DNA from: Chthoniobacterales bacterium
GTDB lineage: Bacteria > Verrucomicrobiota > Verrucomicrobiia > Chthoniobacterales > JACTMZ01
DNA: 64,000 nt
Reading direction: 5' to 3'
Assembly: GCA_044343805.1 (NCBI GenBank)
Contig: JBIJDZ010000001.1
Span: 78,392-142,391 of the forward strand
The notes under the pieces were generated by a model. The model was not told the origin of the DNA. It saw nothing but the letters and a program-made list of their open reading frames with translations, and made no database searches. Positions 50,451-59,473 of the stretch are shown piece by piece. Position numbers and translations under genes: made by a program. Numbering within the stretch: position 1 is the first letter of the stretch; every line of letters begins with the position of its first letter.

Positions 50451-52043
50451 ATGTCCAAGCCCAAAGTTCTTGTTTCTGATCCGATTTCCCAACGTGGCGT
50501 AGACGCTCTGGCCGAGGGAGACCTTCTGGAAGTTTCCTTCAAACCGGGCCTTCCGCACGACGAACTTCTCAAAATCATCCCCGAATACTCCGCATTGGTT
50601 GTTCGCAGTCAGACCAAAGTCGGAGCAGACGTCATTGCCGCTGCTGCCAAATTGAAAGCCATCGGTCGTGCCGGTGTGGGAGTGGACAATGTCGATGTCG
50701 ACGCGGCAACGCAACGCGGCATCGTTGTGATGAACACCCCGGGGGGCAACACCGTATCAACAGCCGAGCACGCTTTTTCTCTTCTCGTTTCGATGTCACG
50801 TAAAATTCCTCAGGCCGATGCCAGCGTTAAATCTGGCAAATGGGATCGCAAAAGCTTCGAGGGCACGGAACTCAATGGCAAAACTCTTGCTGTCCTTGGC
50901 ATGGGACGCATCGGGACAGAAGTTGCCAAACGCGCCCTCGCCTTTGGCATGCGCGTCCTCGCCTATGACCCCTATCTCTCGGAGGCTCGGGCCCGCAGCC
51001 TGCAAGTGGAGCTCGTCGAGAATCTGGATGATGCCATTCCCGAAGCCGACTTTTTCACCATGCACATGCCGCTGACAGACGAAACACGTCACATGCTCAA
51101 TGCGGAGCGTTTGGGCCGCATGAAAAAAGGCGCTCGCATTGTCAACTGCGCCCGCGGCGGATTGGTCGACGAAGCCGCTCTCGCCGAGCACCTTGCCTCG
51201 GGGCACTTGGCCGGAGCCGCCCTTGACGTTTTCGAAACCGAGCCCCCTCCGCCTGATTCTCCTCTTCGCAAACTGCCCAACATCGTTTTCACCCCCCACC
51301 TCGGCGCCTCCACCGCTGAAGCCCAGGAAAGTGTGGGCATCGAAATCGCCCACACCATTCGCGCAGCATTGCTCGACGGCACAATCAACAACGCCGTCAA
51401 CGCCCCGAGCGTGGACGCCAAAACCCTCGCCGCACTTGGCCCCTACCTTCGTCTCGGCGAAAACCTGGGACGCTTTGTCTCCCAGATCGCGCCCAAACGC
51501 TGCGGAACCCTCCGCATTGTATACAGCGGCAAAGCCAAAGACCTCGAAACTTCACCCGTCACCCGGGCTATTCTCAAAGGCTTCCTCGCTCATATCAGCG
51601 GCGAAGAAGTCAACGAAATCAACGCCCCGAGCTTGGCCCAGAATCTCGGACTTCAAATTGTCGAGTCCCGCGTGAGCGACAGTGGCGATTTCACGGACCT
51701 CATTGAGGTTTCGGCGGAAGATTCCTCCGGCGCAGCCTCTGCCGCCGGCACCTTCTTTGGACACAAACCCCGTGTCGTCATCGTCAACGGACGCCACGTC
51801 GAGGCTCAGCCATCGGGGATCCTGCTCCTGCTGGAAAACAAGGATCGTCCCGGCATGGTCGGCCACATCGGGGGCCTGCTCGGCAAACACAAAGTCAACA
51901 TCGCCAGCATGTCCCTCGGTCGCGATCGCGCCGGCGGAACCGCGCTAAATATCCTCAACCTCGACAGCGCGCCAGGCGACGAGGTCATGGCCGAACTCCA
52001 CGGCGATCCGGATATCGTCAGTGCACGCATTCTGAAGCTGTAA
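50451..52043 (+). CDS. serA: D-3-phosphoglycerate dehydrogenase (long form with ASB and ACT domains)
   Basis: Has the NAD motif LGMGRIGTEVAKRA and the catalytic region NCARGGLVDE...TPHLGAST. The C-terminal ACT-like segment is LLLLENKDRPGMVGHIGGLLG. Confidence 0.9.
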   Translation: MSKPKVLVSDPISQRGVDALAEGDLLEVSFKPGLPHDELLKIIPEYSALVVRSQTKVGADVIAAAAKLKAIGRAGVGVDNVDVDAATQRGIVVMNTPGGNTVSTAEHAFSLLVSMSRKIPQADASVKSGKWDRKSFEGTELNGKTLAVLGMGRIGTEVAKRALAFGMRVLAYDPYLSEARARSLQVELVENLDDAIPEADFFTMHMPLTDETRHMLNAERLGRMKKGARIVNCARGGLVDEAALAEHLASGHLAGAALDVFETEPPPPDSPLRKLPNIVFTPHLGASTAEAQESVGIEIAHTIRAALLDGTINNAVNAPSVDAKTLAALGPYLRLGENLGRFVSQIAPKRCGTLRIVYSGKAKDLETSPVTRAILKGFLAHISGEEVNEINAPSLAQNLGLQIVESRVSDSGDFTDLIEVSAEDSSGAASAAGTFFGHKPRVVIVNGRHVEAQPSGILLLLENKDRPGMVGHIGGLLGKHKVNIASMSLGRDRAGGTALNILNLDSAPGDEVMAELHGDPDIVSARILKL

Positions 52044-52118
52044 ATTCGACCAGCCTCCGGCTTTGGTGGGCGTCCGTTCATGCCGCGGGTCTCAACGGCA
52101 AAACACTATTTGCTGCGA

Positions 52119-52745
52119 CTACACCGTCGCCACAACCATCACGTAGCCTTTCGGAGCATCAACGCGATGCAGATGGACAAGCCGTCCACCGACATCAGCC
52201 TTTCCTCGTGCCAAGTTCATGAACATTGGGTCCACACGTGTTAAGGACAGACCCTTGGCCAAGCCAAATCCGAGGCATTTCATGGCCGCCTCGCGTGCCG
52301 CCCAGAGCACAAAAAAAGCCTCCTTGCGGAGGCCTTCAGCCAAGGCGTTCCATGCCCTGCTTTCGTCTGGATGAAAATACCGGAGAACCAAAGAGGCCAT
52401 CTCCCGGACTTCCCGCATCAACTCCAAGTCAATTCCTACACTCCCACGTCGCACGGCCAGAGCGACATAATCGCCAGCGTGCGAAATATTGAAGTCCCAC
52501 CCGTTTGCCCCCGCCAACCGCGGCTTGCAACCATCTTGAGCGATGAACGAAAGTTGCTCGATTGATTGCCCCGTGAGCTTCGATAAAACTTTCCTACGTA
52601 ACCCCCGCGTAACAATAAACCTCTGAAGCTGGAGCGAGTTATGCATTTTATCAGCCTCCAGCACTTCCAAGGGAGCAAGCATCGAATGCCAACGATCAAC
52701 AGAGGCGACGCGCTCGACATGCAAATCGAATCCTTCGCCGTTCAT
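52119..52745 (-). CDS. 4'-phosphopantetheinyl transferase (Sfp type)
   Basis: Motifs present are GCKPRL, FNISHAGDYVALAV and LWAAREAAMKCLG. Confidence 0.7.
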   Translation of the reverse strand: MNGEGFDLHVERVASVDRWHSMLAPLEVLEADKMHNSLQLQRFIVTRGLRRKVLSKLTGQSIEQLSFIAQDGCKPRLAGANGWDFNISHAGDYVALAVRRGSVGIDLELMREVREMASLVLRYFHPDESRAWNALAEGLRKEAFFVLWAAREAAMKCLGFGLAKGLSLTRVDPMFMNLARGKADVGGRLVHLHRVDAPKGYVMVVATV

Positions 52746-53215
52746 AAAAACAGCAGCGACTTGTGGATTTTTACCACAGCTTTATGGATGAAGCGGTCCG
52801 ATCCGTTAGAAATCATCGGACGATGCGCATCGGCAGGAAAAAACAATACAAACAGCCCCTCGACCATCGGTAAGGCGACATCCGCAGGCGCGGTCGTATA
52901 GAACTGAACGTCCTTCTCGCCATCGTAAGTACCGAACGCTGCCAACTTTGCTGCGGGCGTCCAGTCAATCACCTCCCCGCCACATATAATGTATTGCAGA
53001 TCCACATACTCGCGGTGCGTCTCCCATCGAGCAGCCTCCCGCTTTACGGACTCCAAACGCAGAATCGTCGCAAAAAGTTTGTTCCCCGCAAATTCATGAC
53101 GGGTGTCCGGCGGAAGATCCCGGCAAGCCCGCAGCCATGAGAACACCCCCTCAGCCCCGGTCCTACGAAATAAAGACGCGTAGCGCGGCAGATTGTCGTG
53201 CGTGTCTAAAATCAT
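52742..53215 (-). CDS. YhcH/YjgK/YiaL (DUF386) family protein
   Basis: Has the pattern WETHREYVDLQYIICGGEVIDW and a C-terminal FFPADAHRP typical of this cupin-like family. Confidence 0.7.
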   Translation of the reverse strand: MILDTHDNLPRYASLFRRTGAEGVFSWLRACRDLPPDTRHEFAGNKLFATILRLESVKREAARWETHREYVDLQYIICGGEVIDWTPAAKLAAFGTYDGEKDVQFYTTAPADVALPMVEGLFVLFFPADAHRPMISNGSDRFIHKAVVKIHKSLLFL

Positions 53216-53222
53216 ACTCCGC

Positions 53223-54098
53223 CTATTCGCCTGCCAGCCGTCTCAAGTATTGACCGTAACTTGATTTGCCGAGAGTTGCCGCTCTCGCTTGCAACTGCTC
53301 TTTGGTGAGCCAGCCTTGGTAAAAGGCAATTTCTTCCAGACACGCGATCATCAGACCTTGGCGCGATTGGATGGCATGAACAAACGATGCCGCGTCGAGC
53401 AAAGACTCCGAAGTTCCGGTATCGAGCCACGCCGTCCCTCGGCCGAACTTTTCAGCCCTGAGCGCCCCCTCCTCCAAATAACGTCGAGCCAAATCCAGAA
53501 TTTCCGTCTCGCCCCGCGGTGATGCTTTGAGCGTCGCGGCAAACATCGGCGCCCGCTCATCGAAAAAATATATACCCGGCACGGCGTAACCCGAGCGGGG
53601 CTGCGGCGGCTTCTCCTCCAAGGATATCACATGGTTATTTTCCCCAAGCTCGATCACTCCGTAAGCCCTCACATCGGCCACGTGGTAAGCGAAAAGTGTC
53701 GCCCCCGTCGCCTTCGCCGCCGACCGGATCGTCTCCCCCAAGCGCGCGCCGTAAAACAAGTTGTCACCGAGCACAAGACATGAGGGCGAACCGGCCAGAA
53801 ACTCTTCACCGATTGTAAAGGCTTGGGGCAACCCCTCCGGCTTTGCCTGCTCGGCATAGCTGAACTCGACACCGAAAGCCGATCCATCACCCAGCAACTC
53901 TTGGAACCTCGGCAAATCACGCGGCGTGGAAATGATGAGAATCTCCCGCATCCCGCCAAGCATCAGCACGCTCAGCGGGTAGTAAATCATCGGTTTGTCG
54001 AAAACAGGGAGCAACTGTTTCGAAATGGACGATGTGCAAGGGTGCAAACGCGTCCCGCTACCCCCCGCAAGAACAATTCCTTTACGCATTTTGGTCAT
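53223..54098 (-). CDS. rfbA: Glucose-1-phosphate thymidylyltransferase
   Basis: Begins KGIVLAGGSGTRLHPCT...KQLLPVFDKPMIYYPLS. Its length is 291 aa. Confidence 0.9.
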   Translation of the reverse strand: MTKMRKGIVLAGGSGTRLHPCTSSISKQLLPVFDKPMIYYPLSVLMLGGMREILIISTPRDLPRFQELLGDGSAFGVEFSYAEQAKPEGLPQAFTIGEEFLAGSPSCLVLGDNLFYGARLGETIRSAAKATGATLFAYHVADVRAYGVIELGENNHVISLEEKPPQPRSGYAVPGIYFFDERAPMFAATLKASPRGETEILDLARRYLEEGALRAEKFGRGTAWLDTGTSESLLDAASFVHAIQSRQGLMIACLEEIAFYQGWLTKEQLQARAATLGKSSYGQYLRRLAGE

Positions 54099-54101
54099 AA
54101 T

Positions 54102-54647
54102 TTACAGGTAATCGGCAAATTCGTAGAGGGTCGGATCACGGCGCGGCGGCAAGCGGCGACGCAACGCTCCGGCTGGACCTTTCTCACCCTCGCCTTTGCC
54201 GGTCATCCCGAAATCACCCATCGAATCGTCATCGAGCACGTCGCCATATTCCGCCTCGAGCTTTTCCGGATCTTCGCCTTTTTCCATCCGGGCCAACATC
54301 TCGAGCATAGGCTCCGGCATCTTCTCGCCCGTGATATCCATCATTCGACGCATGAGGCGTCCGAGTTGGCGAGGATCGGGATTCTCCTCATCCATTCCGG
54401 ACATCTCCCCCGCCAGCTTCATCATTTCCGCCTCCTGACGTGGGTCGAGATCAGCTGTCCCCTCGCCACCCAGCTCGTCCGACTTTTCTTTAGCGCGGCC
54501 GGTGATGGCGAACGGCGACAGCATACGCTCCATCTTTTTGCCCGTGCCGTCCGGACATTTGGGCACAACATCTGGCCCGACCAGCTTGCGGGCGTAGAAA
54601 CTGTAAATCTTGTGCGTATCAGCTGAGTAGTATTCGTAGATAGGCAT
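54102..54647 (-). CDS. Acidic, Met-rich protein with a degenerate FmdB-like zinc-ribbon N-terminus
   Basis: The N-terminus MPIYEYYSADTHKIYSF...VPKCPDGTG resembles the FmdB MPxYEYxCxxCG...CPxCG pattern but keeps only one Cys. It is wedged between rfbB (43 nt away) and rfbA (3 nt away). Confidence 0.45.
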   Translation of the reverse strand: MPIYEYYSADTHKIYSFYARKLVGPDVVPKCPDGTGKKMERMLSPFAITGRAKEKSDELGGEGTADLDPRQEAEMMKLAGEMSGMDEENPDPRQLGRLMRRMMDITGEKMPEPMLEMLARMEKGEDPEKLEAEYGDVLDDDSMGDFGMTGKGEGEKGPAGALRRRLPPRRDPTLYEFADYL

Positions 54648-54690
54648 GGTGATGAGTCAGCGACCAGTGTCTGGCGTGAATGAGAGGTGG

Positions 54691-55755
54691 TTACTTGGAC
54701 AGGCCAAGACGTTCCCGCCCGTAGCTGCGCTTCTCGACCGCTTCACACCACAGAGAGTTTTTCAAATACCACTGTACCGTGCGGCGGATGCCGGATTCAA
54801 AGGATTCCGACGGTTTCCAGCCCAGCTCGCGTGTCAGTTTGGAGAAATCCATGGCATAACGCAGATCATGGCCCGGACGATCGGTGACAAACGTCTTCAA
54901 CCGAGCATGTGGACCAGCCGGATCAGGACGCATCTCGTCCAGCAAAGCGCAAATCGTATCGACCACATCGATGTTCATCATCTCCGCTGCCCCGCCGATG
55001 TTGTAGGTCTCACCGAGCCGCCCTCCTTGCAAGACCGTCCAGATGGCGCGGCAGTGATCCTCCACAAAAAGCCAGTCGCGGATATTTTCGCCTTTGCCGT
55101 AGATCGGAAGTGACTTTCCTTCGATCGCGTTACGGATGATCAGAGGGATTAACTTTTCGGGGAATTGATAGGGCCCGTAGTTGTTCGAGCAGTTGGTTGT
55201 CAGCACCGGCATCTTGTGCGTGTGGAAGGCGGCCCGAACGAGAAAGTCGCTGGCTGCCTTGCTCGCCGCATAGGGACTGTTCGGTGCGTAGGGCGTCAAC
55301 TCGGTGAAGGCCGCATCCCCCGCCTGAAGGGTTCCGTAAACCTCGTCCGTGGAAACATGGAGGAACCGGAACTTGGCCTTTCGTTCGCCCTCCAGTTCTT
55401 TCCAGTAGCCGCGCACCGCATCGAGCAAACTCTGTGTTCCAAGAACATTCGTGGTGATGAATGGCTCTGGGGTGTCAATCGACCGGTCCACATGTGACTC
55501 GGCGGCGAAGTTCAAGACGGCGTCGATCTGATGCTCCCGCAATAGTTTGGCCACGAGTGCGGCATCCCCAATATCGCCCTCGACAAAGACATGCCGCGAT
55601 TCCCCATCGAGATCATCCAGAGAACCTCGGTAGCCGGCATAGGTGAGCAGGTCGAGATTGACCAACTTACCGACCTTCCAATCGGGCGATTGCAGAGCCA
55701 GACGGACAAAGTTGCCGCCGATAAATCCGGCACCGCCGGTGACGAGGAGGTTCAT
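54691..55755 (-). CDS. rfbB: dTDP-glucose 4,6-dehydratase
   Basis: Motifs present are [26 protein letters not shown] and YAASKAASD. Confidence 0.95.
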   Translation of the reverse strand: MNLLVTGGAGFIGGNFVRLALQSPDWKVGKLVNLDLLTYAGYRGSLDDLDGESRHVFVEGDIGDAALVAKLLREHQIDAVLNFAAESHVDRSIDTPEPFITTNVLGTQSLLDAVRGYWKELEGERKAKFRFLHVSTDEVYGTLQAGDAAFTELTPYAPNSPYAASKAASDFLVRAAFHTHKMPVLTTNCSNNYGPYQFPEKLIPLIIRNAIEGKSLPIYGKGENIRDWLFVEDHCRAIWTVLQGGRLGETYNIGGAAEMMNIDVVDTICALLDEMRPDPAGPHARLKTFVTDRPGHDLRYAMDFSKLTRELGWKPSESFESGIRRTVQWYLKNSLWCEAVEKRSYGRERLGLSK

Positions 55756-55842
55756 AGGAAATGACTAAAAACATGAAATCTGAAATTTGAGCAACTATTC
55801 GGGCAACTCAACAACTTTTAGCGTAGCCTCTTTTGCCCTAGC

Positions 55843-56523
55843 TTAGGGTACATAAATTACAATAACTGCTTGTATCATTAAATCAAAAGGTGTTATATTA
55901 TAATTAATCATTTTCAAACCTGCAGCAGTTATTTTTTCTTCGATTTCAGATTTTGAACGTATTAAATTTATCTCTGGTGGATGAAGCTCAACAGCCGACT
56001 TAGCGCAACGATTTAGCATGGAGTGCCAAAGAGCAAGAAACTTGACACTCGGGGCGTTAGCTAGAGGCCAGAATAAAACCAATCGCCCCCCCGGTTTCAC
56101 GACCTTAGATAAATTGCATAAAATAGTGACTATTTCCGGGCTTTCGAAATGTTCCATAACACCAAGGTTGTACGCCCCATCGAAGGTTCTGCCACTAAAT
56201 TCAAGACTTAGAAGGTCCGCGTGTATCGTATCCACAACATGAGCGTTGTGTTTTTTGTAGAGATGCAAAGCATTAGGCGAGATATCCAAAGCGGTGATTT
56301 TATATTTTTTGGCGATGAGCACATCAACTTCTCCTCCGCCGCATCCCGCGTGGAGCAGTCTGCTACCTGTTGGGAAGTTTCGCCCTAGCCAGTAGGCAAG
56401 CCGGCCACTGATGAATATCCGGCGATAAAAGCTCGCTAGCACAGCATACAACCGATGTGCCCCCTGAGCGTCGGTCGACCAGTAGGCGTCCCAGCCTTCG
56501 TGCTTTGGTCGAGAGTCACTCAT
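55843..56523 (-). CDS. Class I SAM-dependent methyltransferase
   Basis: Has SAM motif I (LLHAGCGGGEVDV) and a post-I acidic residue. Its size is 226 aa. Confidence 0.75.
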   Translation of the reverse strand: MSDSRPKHEGWDAYWSTDAQGAHRLYAVLASFYRRIFISGRLAYWLGRNFPTGSRLLHAGCGGGEVDVLIAKKYKITALDISPNALHLYKKHNAHVVDTIHADLLSLEFSGRTFDGAYNLGVMEHFESPEIVTILCNLSKVVKPGGRLVLFWPLANAPSVKFLALWHSMLNRCAKSAVELHPPEINLIRSKSEIEEKITAAGLKMINYNITPFDLMIQAVIVIYVP

Positions 56524-57248
56524 GATTTATTTTTGCCACGCACCACAGCCAGGCGCTTTCCAGCAAGCCATAGAAGCATGTTGCAGCTTCGCAGCAATTC
56601 AACGACAGACATTTTAGAACTGCCATAGGTTCTTTTCGGCAAAACGATGGGAATCTCCTGAATATCTGCATTTCTGGCGTTTAGAACCATAAGACTCTCG
56701 AAAAAAAAGGCATAGCCATCGCTTGTAACATCCTTGAGCCATTCAATACCCAGTCTATCTAATGAATATCGGCGAAGTGCGCCGGTGGCATCGTAGGGCA
56801 TACCAAGGAGAAGGCAGGTCGCCAAATGCCCAGCTTTAGTAATATATTTGCGTATTAGATTCCAATCCGCCAATGAAGCAGTCGTCATAAACCTAGTCCC
56901 AACAACAACATCACCTCTGGCATGTGTGACAAAACGTACGCAGTCTCTCGGTTGGTGGGTAAGATCACAGTCGAGAGTCAATAGTTTGCGATAGCCCAAC
57001 TCGAAAGCTCGATGGATTCCGAATCGGTGCGCTGAACCTATTCCCATCTTTGCTGACCTTTTAACGACGTCGATATTGCCAAACTCTTTCGCTAAGTCGT
57101 TAAGCAGCTCACTAGTTCCGTCCGGCGAGTTGTCGTCGCAAAACAAGATCGGAACAGCCGGCAGATTGAAGCGCAGACCCTCAATAATCAGCCGCACATT
57201 TTCTTTCTCGTTATAAGTAGGAATGAAAATCAGAAGATCTTTGTCCAT
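56520..57248 (-). CDS. GT2 polyprenyl-phosphate sugar synthase (Dpm1/ArnC/CsbB-like)
   Basis: Begins LLIFIPTYNEKENV...ILFCDDNSPDGT, followed by DCDLTH (DxD-type). It is a soluble GT-A core of 242 aa. Confidence 0.8.
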   Translation of the reverse strand: MDKDLLIFIPTYNEKENVRLIIEGLRFNLPAVPILFCDDNSPDGTSELLNDLAKEFGNIDVVKRSAKMGIGSAHRFGIHRAFELGYRKLLTLDCDLTHQPRDCVRFVTHARGDVVVGTRFMTTASLADWNLIRKYITKAGHLATCLLLGMPYDATGALRRYSLDRLGIEWLKDVTSDGYAFFFESLMVLNARNADIQEIPIVLPKRTYGSSKMSVVELLRSCNMLLWLAGKRLAVVRGKNKS

Positions 57249-58185
57249 TTTTCTTTTCTATTTCAGTGCGACGGACTAGGTCTTGTACCATATCTGAAAA
57301 ATTATGATTTGGACGCCATGTTGATTTGCATTTAAGACGCGAAGCATCTCCCCGTAACTTCCAATCTCGGCTGAACGATGGCAACCCTCGTGATTTGACA
57401 TGATTCCGCCAGTCGAGTCCAACCACATTGAAGCATTCCTCGGCAAAATCACCAACCGACCGTAACTCTCCGCTTGCTAGCACGAAATCATCCGGTTGCT
57501 CGGCATCGAGCATAGCTGTCATGCCTTGGCAGTAATCTCGGGCGGACCCCCAATCGGCCACAGCATCAAGCGACCCGACAGAGACAGAATGCGATCGATC
57601 GACTTTTGCCCGTAGCGCAGCCAAGGCCAATTTTTTTGAGATAAAGTTGGAGGAACGCAACTCGGATTCATGATTGAACAGTATTGCTGAAGCAACAAAA
57701 AGCCCGTGATCGTCACGGAACATTCTTGCGGCCCCCATGCCAGCAGCCTTGGAGATACCGTAAGCACACTCGGGAACATGAGTCGAACTCTCATCGAGCA
57801 GCCTCCCATCTCCTTTACCGAAGATTCGACACGAAGAAGCATAAACCGTTCGTGAGTTAGGACAACGTCTGCGGAGTGCTCCTAAGGTTTCTGCAAATGA
57901 AACGGCATTGATCGCAAGACTACCCAACAAATCGTCGGCCGGATCCGGGATATTGTCCTCTGACGAACGGTGGTAGGCTGCCAAAAAATAGATGCGGTCG
58001 GGAGTATATTTTTCAATTAACATAGTCGCTACCCCGATCGCTGAAATATCGACGACCTCACTCAAAACTGCTTGCAATGGCGACCTTTGCCGCGATGCGG
58101 AAATAACTTCGTAGCCTTTCGACAGGAGTTGTGCGGAAACCAGAATCCCGTCTTGACCGGAGCCACCTATAACAAGCGCACGCAT
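57211..58185 (-). CDS. NDP-sugar 4,6-dehydratase-like SDR (GDP-mannose 4,6-dehydratase family pattern)
   Basis: Has VIGGSGQDGILVSAQLLSKGYEV (the GxxGQDG pattern typical of GMD), YGISKAAG (YxxxK) and LFNHESELR. The ATG at 58185 overlaps the upstream stop by 1 nt. Confidence 0.7.
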   Translation of the reverse strand: MRALVIGGSGQDGILVSAQLLSKGYEVISASRQRSPLQAVLSEVVDISAIGVATMLIEKYTPDRIYFLAAYHRSSEDNIPDPADDLLGSLAINAVSFAETLGALRRRCPNSRTVYASSCRIFGKGDGRLLDESSTHVPECAYGISKAAGMGAARMFRDDHGLFVASAILFNHESELRSSNFISKKLALAALRAKVDRSHSVSVGSLDAVADWGSARDYCQGMTAMLDAEQPDDFVLASGELRSVGDFAEECFNVVGLDWRNHVKSRGLPSFSRDWKLRGDASRLKCKSTWRPNHNFSDMVQDLVRRTEIEKKNGQRSSDFHSYL

Positions 58186-59462
58186 CAAAAGCCGACAATC
58201 TCGATTTCTGGAAGAGGAAAGATTAACCTCCCTCCCCCCTCCAAAAAAGCACGCTCGCGTTGCAGAATACCGTCTTTGAAGTGCCACGGAAGAACCAGCA
58301 TGTAATCCGGTTTCATAGTATGAACATCAGCTTCAGATGCAATGGGGATACCCGTGCCAGGAGTGAATTTACCCCATTTGTCTTCGTTCACGTCAGAGAT
58401 TGCCATGAGGTCCTCAGGACCCAAACCGCAGAACTGCAATATCACATTACCCTTGGTGGAGGCCCCGCAACCAGCAATACGGGCCCCGCTTTGGCGAAGC
58501 ATGTGTATCAAGCTACGCAACTCTGCACGGTGCTCGTATACACGCTCCTCAAAGTCACGGTAGATGCCGGGCCTCTCCAGCCCAAGATGCTTTTCGCGTT
58601 CGACAACCCATTTTTCCAGAGCCTGCGCTTCCCGATAGGACGATTTTTGATGTGCTGCCGTAATAGCAAAACTGCCACCATTGACAGCATTCATCCACAC
58701 GTCAACAACCTTGAGTCCCGCTGCGTGCAACATTTCACGCACCACAGAAAAAGAGTAGTATTCAATATGCTCGTGACAGATGGTATCATATGAATTTAAT
58801 CGAAGCATAGAAGGCATATAACTCTGCTCGAAATGCCACAATCCATCCTCCGACAGTGTATCGGCAATGTCTTTGATAAACTGTCGCGGCGATTCAAGGT
58901 CGTAAAGCATAGCGATGGACGTGATAAGTGACGCCTTGGTATCTTCGCCCAGTTCCCCAACAACCGTCTCACGCGAGAAGAAATCGACGATCAGACAACT
59001 GTCTTCATCATAAAATCTTCTGAACTTTCCTGCTGTCGGGTCAATGCCAACCTTCTGCAGCTCCCGTGTTTGATAGGCGCTTAGAAAAGTCCCATCGTTG
59101 CTTCCGATATCAAGAACGAGATCTCCGGACTTCAATTTCGCCATTTTTTCGAGCGAATGACACTTGTCTCTGAGGTGTCGCACCATCGACTGGTTCAAGC
59201 CGGAACGATACCCGTAATTTTCTCCATACATTTCGCGGGAATCATAAGTTACATCTAGCTGAATCAAGTTGCATTGCTTGCAGAGCACCAACCGCAACGG
59301 GCCTTTAGTGACATCACCATCAGCACTTGCTGGGAAAACACCGGTAAGAGAGTGGACTCCCAAATCAACAACAACAAGAAGATCCGGACAGCCACATACG
59401 CGGCACGAGGATAGTTTCACTGGTTGTTGATGAGATAAAGAATGTGTGGTTGTTATCAACAC
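58185..59462 (-). CDS. NDP-hexose C-methyltransferase-like protein (Zn-ribbon + SAM MTase + C-methyltransferase C-terminal domain)
   Basis: Has an N-terminal CRVCGCPDL...LCKQCNLIQL Zn-binding pair and a SAM motif (VLDIGSNDGTFL). The C-terminal domain pattern matches TylCIII/Methyltransf_14-type enzymes. No in-frame ATG precedes the CxxC. Start candidates are GTG at 59462 and TTG at 59531. Confidence 0.65.
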   Translation of the reverse strand: MLITTTHSLSHQQPVKLSSCRVCGCPDLLVVVDLGVHSLTGVFPASADGDVTKGPLRLVLCKQCNLIQLDVTYDSREMYGENYGYRSGLNQSMVRHLRDKCHSLEKMAKLKSGDLVLDIGSNDGTFLSAYQTRELQKVGIDPTAGKFRRFYDEDSCLIVDFFSRETVVGELGEDTKASLITSIAMLYDLESPRQFIKDIADTLSEDGLWHFEQSYMPSMLRLNSYDTICHEHIEYYSFSVVREMLHAAGLKVVDVWMNAVNGGSFAITAAHQKSSYREAQALEKWVVEREKHLGLERPGIYRDFEERVYEHRAELRSLIHMLRQSGARIAGCGASTKGNVILQFCGLGPEDLMAISDVNEDKWGKFTPGTGIPIASEADVHTMKPDYMLVLPWHFKDGILQRERAFLEGGGRLIFPLPEIEIVGF

Positions 59463-59473
59463 GTTGAAAATAA

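Noticed and set aside
55791-55816. Three closely spaced gcaact/caact direct repeats in the rfbB upstream spacer, as a possible regulator site.
   Set aside because: The units are only 5-6 nt with irregular spacing, which cannot be told apart from chance without comparative data.
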